Source: Bacteroidota bacterium (GTDB taxonomy: Bacteria > Bacteroidota > Bacteroidia > Chitinophagales > Chitinophagaceae). From it: a stretch of 54,637 bases of DNA. The notes under the pieces were generated by a model. The model searched no databases. It had not been told where the DNA came from and saw nothing but the letters and a program-made list of their open reading frames with translations. Numbering within the stretch: position 1 is the stretch's first letter; each line of letters opens with the position of its first letter. This document shows positions 37,137-45,780 of this stretch, piece by piece. The translations under genes were made by a program, and so were the position numbers. Location of the stretch: positions 1 to 54,637 of the forward strand of contig JBDKLG010000004.1 in assembly GCA_039795695.1 (NCBI GenBank), given 5' to 3'.

Positions 37137-37798
37137 TGGTTGGCCGACCGGTTTTTTTTGAAATGACGGTAAGAAAAAATTACCGGAATAATGGTAATGA
37201 CAAGAGTGGTCAACAGGAACAGAATGAAATTATAAGGAGAGGGTAAAAACAAGCTCATAAGAAAAATAAACAAGCCACCCGGCACCCATAGTTTGCCAAC
37301 CAGGCGGTGAGTAAGCATCCAGTTTTCTTCGTTTTCCAATGTCCACGGTAAACGGAAACCTACAAAATAATTAGGTTTTACACGGGGCATATAAAAGCCC
37401 AATGCCATAAAAAACAATCCCAATAAAGGCAGGAGGAACTTAGTAACCTGAATCGACCCCCCCTGAGTGGAATAAACAATGACCAGGTTAACAGCCGTTA
37501 AAAAACCCACTAAAACAATGGCCAGTTGCTGGTATAGTTCCGGTGTTTGACCGGCTGTTTTTTTAGGATCAATTTTCGCAAGATTGGTCATCAGCAAATA
37601 AAGCCCCAATGCAATAACCGATAATAAAACGGTTATAAACCAGATGGTATCCTTGCTGCCAAACCCGTTAGGTTTCCCGTTAATATCAAAATGAGTTGGA
37701 ATGGTTGCCGGCAATGAAGCGTAGATAAATGCGGTATAAACAATGGGGGTGCTGACCAATAGCAGCATCAGAACAAATCTTACCAAAGAATTTTTCAT
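37133..37798 (-). CDS. SdpI family membrane protein with DUF1648
   Basis: 'LPATIPTHF..NG.PNG' and 'PNYFVGFRLPWTLE...W..THR'. Confidence 0.87.
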   Translation of the reverse strand: MKNSLVRFVLMLLLVSTPIVYTAFIYASLPATIPTHFDINGKPNGFGSKDTIWFITVLLSVIALGLYLLMTNLAKIDPKKTAGQTPELYQQLAIVLVGFLTAVNLVIVYSTQGGSIQVTKFLLPLLGLFFMALGFYMPRVKPNYFVGFRLPWTLENEENWMLTHRLVGKLWVPGGLFIFLMSLFLPSPYNFILFLLTTLVITIIPVIFSYRHFKKNRSANQ

Positions 37799-38078
37799 AA
37801 CAACAATTTTAAGGTTGGAGAAACCCGTATTTCAAAATTAACCCATTGATAACGGCTTTTATGATTTTTTTAAGAATGAGGTTCAAATTCAATACTGTAT
37901 TGACTTTATAAGGAAAGCCTGTTTTTCAGAACTGCTTTTTTTTACCGTTCATACCAGTGAGCAGTAAAATAATCCTTTCCTGTCACAATATTTAAAAAAG
38001 GGTAAACAGCTGTTTTAAGTTTGGGTAGTCAATACAAAATGACAAAAAAATTATCCCATCACCTTAAAACAAACAATC

Positions 38079-38516
38079 ATGAAAAAATTATTATTGGCTG
38101 CCCTTATTGTGGTAGCGGCCGGAAGCAGTGCATTTGCGCTGGATGTAAACACCCTGAATGCAAAAGTGAAAACCAATTTTGAAGCCAGGTTTTATGGCGC
38201 TCAGAACGTACAATGGAAATTGCAGGAAGATTTTATCAAAGCAAGTTTTACCTATGCAGATCAGCCTGTTGAAGCATTTTTTACAACCGACGGCGAATTG
38301 ATTGGATTGAGCCGAAAAATGGATTACCAAAAACTGCCCCTGAATGCATTGCAGAAAATTAAAACAGATTATGCCCGCTACCAGGTAGTCGAAGCCATTG
38401 AATTTGAGAGAGAAGGCGATAAAAACTATTATGTTTCTTTAAAAGAAGGGACTTCTGTAAAAATCCTGGAAGTATCACTTTATGGCAGTGTAAGTGTTTT
38501 CAGGGGATTCAAATAA
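38079..38516 (+). CDS. Secreted hypothetical protein (PepSY/BLIP-like repeat fold)
   Basis: Signal peptide; 'F..AQNVQW....KASF......EAFF..DGELIG....LP..A..KI...Y'. Confidence 0.7.
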   Translation: MKKLLLAALIVVAAGSSAFALDVNTLNAKVKTNFEARFYGAQNVQWKLQEDFIKASFTYADQPVEAFFTTDGELIGLSRKMDYQKLPLNALQKIKTDYARYQVVEAIEFEREGDKNYYVSLKEGTSVKILEVSLYGSVSVFRGFK

Positions 38517-38540
38517 ATATAAGTGTTGGTTGTAATAGGT

Positions 38541-38568
38541 AAAGCCCTTGCTCAGCGGGGGCTTTTTT
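38541..38568 (+). terminator. Terminator overlapping the stop codon of the convergent deacetylase gene
   Basis: AAAGCCC...GGGCTTT followed by a T run. Confidence 0.65.
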
Positions 38569-39331
38569 GTGAAGCATATTCATTCATGGAAATAAAATAA
38601 GCTTCCTTTCTTAAGTCAAACAATAATTGCTGAAGTCTTGACAGCAGGGGCTTTCCACATAATTTGCTTGTGTAAGCAGGTAAACCATATTGGCTGATAT
38701 CCGTAAATTCCCAGGGATGAAAATACAAACAGAGATACCCGTCTTTGGATAATGTTTGTTTGGCCAGCCGCTTGAAAACAGCATAGGGCAGGTTTTTAAA
38801 ACTGAGCCAGAAAAGCGGAAAGCGCAATAGGGGTGAAACAGATGCAGGAATCCGCAATAACCCCTGGTCCCGATACAATGTTCTGGGCAGGTGCAGGTTA
38901 TTGTACCTGCCGGGTAACCAGGTAGGGTTAATGGAAGAATCATACGTATACCCCGCTTTAATAAGTTCTTCAACCGATACTTTCCGCATTCTTGGCATTC
39001 TGAGACCGGTTATTTTTTTACCGCATATTTCTTCCAGCTTTAACCTGGACTGTAAAAGATCACTGTTTTCGAAGGAAGAATGGTAAAAAGTATGGGAAGC
39101 AATCTCATGCTGCACCGACAGGCGGCTGATACTATCCGGGTATTGCTGTGCAAAATTGGCAGTGGTAAAAAGTGTTGTGGAAAGGAAGGGGTCAGACAGG
39201 ATGGGCTCAATAGCATCCAATCCTGCTTTGCCAATACGCATTTGCGCTTCCACGCTGATATCGAATTGATATTCCAGTGGCATATCAAATTCTTCAACGT
39301 CGAAACTCAATAATACAAACCTGTTTTTCAT
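38552..39331 (-). CDS. Polysaccharide deacetylase family protein (DUF3473-like)
   Basis: 'LSFDVEEFD', 'HEIASH..YH', 'GLRMPR', 'YDSS', 'LYFHPWEF'. Confidence 0.87.
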   Translation of the reverse strand: MKNRFVLLSFDVEEFDMPLEYQFDISVEAQMRIGKAGLDAIEPILSDPFLSTTLFTTANFAQQYPDSISRLSVQHEIASHTFYHSSFENSDLLQSRLKLEEICGKKITGLRMPRMRKVSVEELIKAGYTYDSSINPTWLPGRYNNLHLPRTLYRDQGLLRIPASVSPLLRFPLFWLSFKNLPYAVFKRLAKQTLSKDGYLCLYFHPWEFTDISQYGLPAYTSKLCGKPLLSRLQQLLFDLRKEAYFISMNEYASQKSPR

Positions 39332-40254
39332 ACCAGGTTAGATTCTTTAACAATATAATGCGGACGCTGTTTGCTTTGCATGAAAAGTTTGCCAAGGTAT
39401 ATGCCGAGTATACCCAAAATCATCAGTTGCAGCCCGCCAAAAAAAGCAATAGTGGCAATAACCGAAGCCCAGCCGGAAATGGTATGACCAAAATAATAAC
39501 TCCAGCCGATATAAGGGATGTATAGTAAAGACATAAGTGAAAATACGAACCCAAGGTAAGCGGCCAGGTAAAGCGGTCTGGTACTGAAAGAAGTGATTCC
39601 CTGCAGGGCAAAGCGAATCATTTTTTTAAGGGTATATTTCGATTTGCCGGCTGTTCTTTGAGCAGGGTCGTACTCAATGCCTAACTGAGAGAACCCCATC
39701 CATTTTACCAAACCCCTCATAAACAGGTCTGTTTCACGAAAGGTTCTGAAAACAGCCACCACTTTTTTATCCATCAGCCTGAAATCTGCCGTACCGGGCT
39801 CGAGATCAATATCAGAAAGGTTATTGATGAGATTATAAAACATATTGGATGTTTTACGCTTCATCATGGGCATTTCTTTGTGGTCTTTTCTGATGGTATA
39901 AACCACATCAAAGCCTGCCTCCCATTGCCCAACCATTTCAGGGATCAAATCGGGAGGGTGCTGCATGTCTCCGTCCATCATAACCACACAATCGCCCTCG
40001 GCCATATCCAGTCCGGCTTTTAATGCATTCTGGTGACCGAAATTTCTGGCAAGTGAGATGAAAAAAATATTTGGAAAAGCTGCGGCAGTTTTTTTAAGCT
40101 GTACCAGGGTTTGATCGGTACTGCCATCATCCACAAAAATCAAAGAATAAGCATAAGGCATAAGTTCCAATACTTTTTGAACAGCATTGCTGATGATGGG
40201 AATGTTTGCCTCCTCATTGCAAACAGGAATCACAATGGAGATATGCTTTTTCAT
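39328..40254 (-). CDS. GT2 glycosyltransferase, GtrB/ArnC-like polyprenyl-phosphate glycosyltransferase
   Basis: 'IVIPVCNEE', 'VDDGSTD', 'RNFGHQ.AL.AG', 'MDGDMQHPP', 'ADFRL', two C-terminal TM helices. Confidence 0.9.
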   Translation of the reverse strand: MKKHISIVIPVCNEEANIPIISNAVQKVLELMPYAYSLIFVDDGSTDQTLVQLKKTAAAFPNIFFISLARNFGHQNALKAGLDMAEGDCVVMMDGDMQHPPDLIPEMVGQWEAGFDVVYTIRKDHKEMPMMKRKTSNMFYNLINNLSDIDLEPGTADFRLMDKKVVAVFRTFRETDLFMRGLVKWMGFSQLGIEYDPAQRTAGKSKYTLKKMIRFALQGITSFSTRPLYLAAYLGFVFSLMSLLYIPYIGWSYYFGHTISGWASVIATIAFFGGLQLMILGILGIYLGKLFMQSKQRPHYIVKESNLV

Positions 40255-40334
40255 TGGCTTTCGCTTCTTTCAGGCTGCCAAAATACAAATATTTCATTAG
40301 TTGGTCCTGTTTATATAGCTAATGTCAGGGCTGC

Positions 40335-41516
40335 TTATTCAGTAATACCGAATTTTTTGAATAAGAGCTGCCAGGCAATGATGCACCAAAGGATAAAACA
40401 GGGCAGTGCTTTTAAGGAATAAGGCAGAATAATATTTTCCCGCAGGTAAGGAGGAAACAGGTCTGTTGCAGAAAAACTTGTAAGCACAATTACAAAACTG
40501 AGCAAAGCAATGTTCCATTTTTTATGCGAATCATCCTGTATTACATACCAGATACCCACTCCCGCAACTGCCAGTATAAAAGTAGAGGACTCGGCCGAGG
40601 AGCTGAAAATGACCACGCCAATCAGGGCGAAACACAAATAGCTTATCCGGAACGCAGCCTGTTGATACTGGCTGATGCGCAAAAAAGGCAGTGCATAAAA
40701 AATAGCAGCAGGCAGGGTAACCCAGTAGTTTTTAAAGGGAACGATCCTGCCAATTTTCCGGATCATACCCATAACAGAAATATCCTGCATCATGTTTTCA
40801 TCGCCCGTATCAATATTCTGCGCATTTTTTTCTACCAGTGAATCAAACCAGTCTTTGTACGATTGAAAAATATAAGAAGGCGATGAAATGAGCATGGGCA
40901 GACAGAACAATACAATGGCCCAGAAAATCATCGATAGGGCAAATCTTGGTTTGTGTTTGGAAAACCAGAAAAAAGCAATGCCTGCAATACCATAGATCTT
41001 TACATAAAAACCTGCTACAATAAAGAGAGCGGCCCAGAAATCCTTTTCTTCCTCCACCAATACAAAACTTAAAATAATCCAGCCCGTGAGCATGGGATTA
41101 AATTGCACATTGTGGATGGCTGTCATCATTTCCACCAGTCCAATCAGCAGAACATAGTTTTGATGGCGCGTGCTTAGGGGAAGCCGCCGGATGGCATAAA
41201 ACAAAACCCAGGCATTGGCCACACACCATAAAAAACAGCCTAGGTAATCAGGAAGAATGGCAAAGGGAGCAATCAGGATGCTGAAAAGAGGGCCATAATG
41301 GTTGGTGTCAACATACTCACCCGGATAGGGCAGGTAGAGGTTTCGCCTGTTAAGCGTATGTTCAAATACCCCTGCATAAATATCATAATTGTTGATGGCG
41401 GCATGCCCCCTGCTTATTTCAGCAATGGCAGCAATTGCGGCGAGAATGAACCATAAAAATACCGGTAAGGGTATCGTCCATTTGCCGATTTGGATGTTTT
41501 TTAATAAAAAAGACAT
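40335..41516 (-). CDS. GT87 / DUF2029 integral-membrane (GT-C) glycosyltransferase
   Basis: 'NNY.IY', 'NLY..YP....NHYGP.F', 'QFNP', 'VKIYG', 'SAESST'; about 10 TM helices. Confidence 0.82.
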   Translation of the reverse strand: MSFLLKNIQIGKWTIPLPVFLWFILAAIAAIAEISRGHAAINNYDIYAGVFEHTLNRRNLYLPYPGEYVDTNHYGPLFSILIAPFAILPDYLGCFLWCVANAWVLFYAIRRLPLSTRHQNYVLLIGLVEMMTAIHNVQFNPMLTGWIILSFVLVEEEKDFWAALFIVAGFYVKIYGIAGIAFFWFSKHKPRFALSMIFWAIVLFCLPMLISSPSYIFQSYKDWFDSLVEKNAQNIDTGDENMMQDISVMGMIRKIGRIVPFKNYWVTLPAAIFYALPFLRISQYQQAAFRISYLCFALIGVVIFSSSAESSTFILAVAGVGIWYVIQDDSHKKWNIALLSFVIVLTSFSATDLFPPYLRENIILPYSLKALPCFILWCIIAWQLLFKKFGITE

Positions 41517-41618
41517 GTTTGGGGGAATCAGAACAGGGACAATATCGGTAAGAAATAGCTAAGCAAAAATAAATATTTCATAAGCGCAGGATCTGCCCTC
41601 AAACCATGCAAAAAAAAT

Positions 41619-41626
41619 TACTTTTG
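41619..41626 (+). promoter_or_regulatory. -7 promoter element for the DHS-like gene
   Basis: TACTTTTG, 19 nt before the ATG. Confidence 0.55.
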
Positions 41627-41645
41627 CCTCTCAAAATCAAGTACC

Positions 41646-42620
41646 ATGCCTAAAGGTCCCGTTTCACAATTCATACAACACCATTACCGGCATTTCAATG
41701 CAGCAGCATTGGTAGATGCTGCCAAAGGCTATGAAACCCACTTGCTCGAAGGGGGTAAAATGCTGGTAAGCCTGGCAGGCGCCATGAGCACGGCTGAACT
41801 GGGTATCAGTCTGGCAGAAATGATTCGCCAGGATAAAGTAGCCATCATTAGTTGCACAGGAGCCAACCTGGAAGAAGACATCATGAACCTGGTGGCCCAT
41901 AGCCATTATAAAAGAGTACCCAATTACCGCGACCTGAGCCCACAGGAAGAATGGGACCTGCTGGAAAACCATTACAATCGTGTAACAGATACCTGTATCC
42001 CCGAAGAAGAGGCTTTCAGAAGATTACAACAGCACATACATAAAATATGGGCAGATGCCGATGCAAAGGGAGAAAGATATTTCCCACATGAGTATATGTA
42101 CAAAATGCTGCTGAGCGGTGTACTGGAACAGTATTATGAAATTGATCCGAAAGACAGCTGGATGCTGGCCGCAGCCAAAAAAAATATTCCCATTGTTGTA
42201 CCGGGATGGGAAGACAGTACCATGGGCAATATTTTTGCTTCCTATGTGATAAAGAATGAACTGAAAGCCGTTACCATGAAAAGCGGTATTGAGTACATGG
42301 TTTGGCTGGCCGACTGGTACAGGCAAAACAGTGGGGGTAAGGGGGTTGGCTTTTTTCAGATAGGTGGAGGTATTGCAGGTGATTTTCCCATATGCGTAGT
42401 TCCGATGATGTACCAGGACCTGGAATGGCATGATGTTCCTTTCTGGTCTTATTTTTGCCAGATAAGCGATTCAACAACCTCTTATGGCTCTTATTCCGGA
42501 GCAGTTCCCAATGAAAAAATCACCTGGGGCAAATTGGATATACATACACCTAAATTTATTGTAGAAAGCGATGCTACGATTGTAGTACCCCTGATTTTTG
42601 CCTATATCTTGGGTTGGTAA
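41646..42620 (+). CDS. Deoxyhypusine synthase family protein (probable homospermidine synthase activity)
   Basis: 'AGAMSTA', 'TGANLEED', 'DST.G', 'IGGG', 'GSYSGA.PNEKITWGK', 'SDATI'. Confidence 0.9.
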   Translation: MPKGPVSQFIQHHYRHFNAAALVDAAKGYETHLLEGGKMLVSLAGAMSTAELGISLAEMIRQDKVAIISCTGANLEEDIMNLVAHSHYKRVPNYRDLSPQEEWDLLENHYNRVTDTCIPEEEAFRRLQQHIHKIWADADAKGERYFPHEYMYKMLLSGVLEQYYEIDPKDSWMLAAAKKNIPIVVPGWEDSTMGNIFASYVIKNELKAVTMKSGIEYMVWLADWYRQNSGGKGVGFFQIGGGIAGDFPICVVPMMYQDLEWHDVPFWSYFCQISDSTTSYGSYSGAVPNEKITWGKLDIHTPKFIVESDATIVVPLIFAYILGW

Positions 42621-42638
42621 ACCGGCAACAACCGGTTG

Positions 42639-42747
42639 AATCCCGGATACATGGATTGCCTTAACAGGCAACTATTGCTTGGTGATAAGCTTAAGCCTCA
42701 TCGTAGTCAATATGCTAAAGAAGCCCCGTTTGATTCAATGGGGCTTC
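42639..42747 (+). ncRNA. Putative structured RNA resembling the Flavo-1 motif
   Basis: Hairpins at 42639-42657 and 42656-42671, a core TATTGCTTGGT...GCCTCATCGTAGTCAATA closed by TATTG/CAATA, and hairpin GAAGCCCCGTT/AATGGGGCTTC. The Flavo-1 resemblance is from memory, not a search. Confidence 0.45.
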
Positions 42748-42769
42748 CTTGTAAAACCTTTGTCAGCCT

Positions 42770-42798
42770 GATTCCGGGCAGATTCCGGAATCTTTTTT
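42770..42798 (+). terminator. Intrinsic terminator
   Basis: GATTCCGG / CCGGAATC stem followed by TTTTTT. Confidence 0.7.
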
Positions 42799-42973
42799 CA
42801 ATACAGGGGGGTGAACTGCCAGCCAGGCCAATGCAGGCGGCACAAATGGTAAACCGGGAAGGAAAAATCAGCACAACAGCGATTGCGATACCCGCAGACC
42901 CCCCCCGGTTTTAGCCAAATCCTTCCCATCCTTACCGCATTTTCAGGCAAAAAAAACTTTTTTTTGCAAATTG

Positions 42974-42993
42974 AATGTATGTACATACATTTG
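42974..42993 (+). promoter_or_regulatory. Perfect 18-bp palindrome overlapping the -7 element: probable MarR operator
   Basis: AATGTATGTACATACATT (42974-42991) overlaps TACATTTG (42986-42993); the GTG start is at 42998. Confidence 0.7.
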
Positions 42994-42997
42994 TGTT

Positions 42998-43456
42998 GTG
43001 AAGTTAGAACAAGCCATACAAAGCAATAAATTCAAAAACGAAGTGCAGAAAGCAGGATTGAATATTTTGTATACGGCCTGGTGGCTGAAAACAATGATGA
43101 GCAAGGAATTGAAAGAGTTTGGCCTAACCCATGAGCAATACAATGTATTGCGCATTTTAAAAGGGAAACACCCCGAACAAATGTGTGTAAGGGATATCGC
43201 CTGCAGGATGATTGAAAAAAACAGCAATGTGCCCAGAATCATCGACCGGCTGGAAATTAAAAAAATGGTCAAAAGGGCCAGTTCCAGCCTGGATAAACGT
43301 GAAACAGTGATCACACTTACACAGGGTGGCATAACTATCCTGGATGCGAGTACTTTGGTGGTGAACAGGCTGATGGACGAGCTGGTACTGGTTAATGAAA
43401 AAGACGCCCGCGAATTGAACCAGCTATTGGAAAAAATCAGGCTGCAGGAAAAGTAA
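42998..43456 (+). CDS. MarR family transcriptional regulator
   Basis: 'LKEFGLTHEQYNVLRILKG', 'SNVPRIIDRL', 'DKRE..I.LT..G'; likely GTG start. Confidence 0.9.
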   Translation: MKLEQAIQSNKFKNEVQKAGLNILYTAWWLKTMMSKELKEFGLTHEQYNVLRILKGKHPEQMCVRDIACRMIEKNSNVPRIIDRLEIKKMVKRASSSLDKRETVITLTQGGITILDASTLVVNRLMDELVLVNEKDARELNQLLEKIRLQEK

Positions 43457-43475
43457 TATTTTTTTAGCTAAATAG

Positions 43476-43487
43476 ATGTATATACAC
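43476..43487 (+). promoter_or_regulatory. Second copy of the putative MarR operator core upstream of the first pirin
   Basis: ATGTATATACAC versus ATGTACATACAT in the upstream palindrome. Confidence 0.5.
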
Positions 43488-43509
43488 GTAAAATGTTAAA
43501 ACAAACTGT

Positions 43510-44220
43510 ATGAAAACGGTCTTACACAAAGCAAATACAAGGGGACATGCCGGTTTTGGCTGGCTAAACAGTTACCATAGTTTCAGTTTTGGCAGTTACT
43601 ACAATCCTGAGCGGGTTCATTTTGGGGCATTGAGGGTGTTGAATGATGATACAGTAGCCAAAGGGATGGGCTTCTCCAAACACCCGCATGATAATATGGA
43701 AATTGTTTCAATCCCCTTATCGGGCGACTTACAGCACCAGGACAGTACGGGCAGAAACGAAATCATTCGCCAGCACGATGTTCAGATCATGAGCGCCGGC
43801 AGCGGTATTGAACATAGTGAAATGAACGCCAGCCGCGATAAGGAAGTGAAGTTTTTACAGGTATGGGTATTGCCCAAAAACAGGAACATTGAACCCCGCT
43901 ACCAGCAGCAATCATTCCTACCCGAAAACAGGCATAACCGGATACTTACCGTAGTGGCTCCTGATAATGAGGAAGCAGTATGGATTAACCAGGATGCATG
44001 GTTTTCACTGGGAAATTTTTCCAAAGATTTTACCATCAGCTATCCATTGCACAAAAAAGATAGCGGCGTATATGTATTTGTACTGGAAGGCAGTATTTCC
44101 GTGAATGACCAGCTGCTTGAAAAAAGAGATGGACTGGGCATTACCGAAACAGCCGTACTTGACATATCCGCTGTAACGGATGCCGAAGTTTTGTTCATTG
44201 AAGTTCCTATGACAATATAA
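43510..44220 (+). CDS. Pirin family protein (YhhW-like)
   Basis: 'RG....WL.S.HSFSF..Y', 'FG.LRVLNDD', 'HPHDNMEI', 'MSAGSGIEHSE'. Confidence 0.92.
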   Translation: MKTVLHKANTRGHAGFGWLNSYHSFSFGSYYNPERVHFGALRVLNDDTVAKGMGFSKHPHDNMEIVSIPLSGDLQHQDSTGRNEIIRQHDVQIMSAGSGIEHSEMNASRDKEVKFLQVWVLPKNRNIEPRYQQQSFLPENRHNRILTVVAPDNEEAVWINQDAWFSLGNFSKDFTISYPLHKKDSGVYVFVLEGSISVNDQLLEKRDGLGITETAVLDISAVTDAEVLFIEVPMTI

Positions 44221-44229
44221 AAAAAGAAT

Positions 44230-45102
44230 ATGAATAAGAGTCGTAGTATCAAAACAGTTGTATATGCACAGCCGATGAATATGGGTGGATTCCCCATTCG
44301 CCAGGCTTTTCCATCGCAGAAAGCGGAACAGGTAGACCCTTTTTTATTATTGCACCATGCCAGCCTGGCTATCGATAAAGATATTGATGTAAAGCATGCA
44401 GGTGTTGGTCCGCACCCCCACCGTGGATTTTCTCCTGTGAGTTTTATTTTCAAAGGTGGTGTTCATCACCGCGACAGCAGGGGTAATAACAATATTGTTT
44501 ACGCGGGCGGCACACAATGGATGAATGCAGGGATGGGCATGATACACAGTGAAAGGCCACCGGCAGATATTCATGCGCATGGCGGGCAACAGGAATTGAT
44601 CCAGTTATGGGTGAATACCCCGGCCAAACATAAAATGGATATCCCCTCCTACCAGCCATTGAATGCGGCAGATACTCCTGAACTGGTTTCTGCAGATGGC
44701 CTAACCAAAGTGAATATCATAGCGGGCGAATTGAATACGGTGAAAGGTCCCATCAACACACTGTCCGATGTGAACACATTTACGGCAACCATTGAGCAAG
44801 GAGGGAAATTCTTTTTTTCCGTTCCGGCAACACATAATGCCTTCATCTATTTAATGGAAGGGAAAGTTGCCATAACCGGTCAGGGAGAACTGGATGCTTT
44901 TTATGCAGCAGTATTCAACAATGACGGTGAGGGCTTTGAACTGGAAGCCCTTGAAAATACCAGACTCTTCATTGGCACAGGAGAACCATTGAACGAACCC
45001 GTTGCCTCACACGGACCCTTTGTAATGAACAATCAAACAGAACTTATGGAAGCATTCAGGGATTACCAGATGGGTAAGATGGGCGTGCTGATAGAAGAAT
45101 AA
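44230..45102 (+). CDS. Pirin family protein
   Basis: 'DPFLLL', 'HPHRGF', 'QWMNAG.G..HSE', 'QLWVN', 'GPFVMN'. Confidence 0.92.
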   Translation: MNKSRSIKTVVYAQPMNMGGFPIRQAFPSQKAEQVDPFLLLHHASLAIDKDIDVKHAGVGPHPHRGFSPVSFIFKGGVHHRDSRGNNNIVYAGGTQWMNAGMGMIHSERPPADIHAHGGQQELIQLWVNTPAKHKMDIPSYQPLNAADTPELVSADGLTKVNIIAGELNTVKGPINTLSDVNTFTATIEQGGKFFFSVPATHNAFIYLMEGKVAITGQGELDAFYAAVFNNDGEGFELEALENTRLFIGTGEPLNEPVASHGPFVMNNQTELMEAFRDYQMGKMGVLIEE

Positions 45103-45175
45103 ATAAACAGCGACAATAAAAAATATTCAAAAACGATTGGCATTTACCAATCATCAAATTCAAAAACCAAATAAA

Positions 45176-45697
45176 ATGGCAAGCTACAAAATCGATGCAT
45201 CGCACAGTGAAATCACTTTTAAAGTAAAACACATGATGATTACCAATGTTAGTGGAAGTTTTACCCAATTCGATGCAACCATGGAAACAGAAGCCGCTGA
45301 TTTCAGCGACGCAAAAATTTCATTCGAAGCAGATGTGAACAGCGTAACAACCAATAGTGAGCAACGCGACGGTCACCTGAAAAGCGATGATTTTTTTGCT
45401 GCAGACAAGTTTCCCAAAATCAGTTTCCAATCTACCGGCCTTTCAAAAAAAGGGGATGAGTATGAACTTGGCGGCAACCTTAGCATCCGCGGTATTACCC
45501 AACCCGTTCATTTAAAGGTTGAGTTTGGCGGAACCATGACAGATCCCTACGGACAGGTAAAATCGGGCTTTGAAATCAACGGTAAAATCAATAGAAAAGA
45601 TTTTGGCCTTGGTTGGGGAGCGGTTACCGAAGCAGGTGGTATTGTAGTAAGTGATGAGGTAAAACTGCACATGAATGTACAAATGATCAAACAATAA
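45176..45697 (+). CDS. YceI family lipid/polyisoprenoid-binding protein
   Basis: 'IDASHS...FKVKHMMI..V.G.F', 'RDGHLKSDDFF....FP.I.F', 'INRKDFGL.W'. Confidence 0.92.
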   Translation: MASYKIDASHSEITFKVKHMMITNVSGSFTQFDATMETEAADFSDAKISFEADVNSVTTNSEQRDGHLKSDDFFAADKFPKISFQSTGLSKKGDEYELGGNLSIRGITQPVHLKVEFGGTMTDPYGQVKSGFEINGKINRKDFGLGWGAVTEAGGIVVSDEVKLHMNVQMIKQ

Positions 45698-45723
45698 CCG
45701 GTAAAGCGCTGTTATAAATTTTG

Positions 45724-45752
45724 ACCCGGGAGAGGGTCATCCCCGGGTTTTA
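45724..45752 (+). terminator. Terminator-like hairpin after yceI
   Basis: ACCCGGG / CCCGGGT stem followed by T residues. Confidence 0.6.
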
Positions 45753-45780
45753 TTACACATAGATTAGCAAAGGAGGAACA

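Noticed and set aside
37133-37798. Sdp cannibalism-toxin system
   Set aside because: Only the SdpI-like membrane protein is present; there is no toxin, sdpAB or adjacent sdpR regulator.
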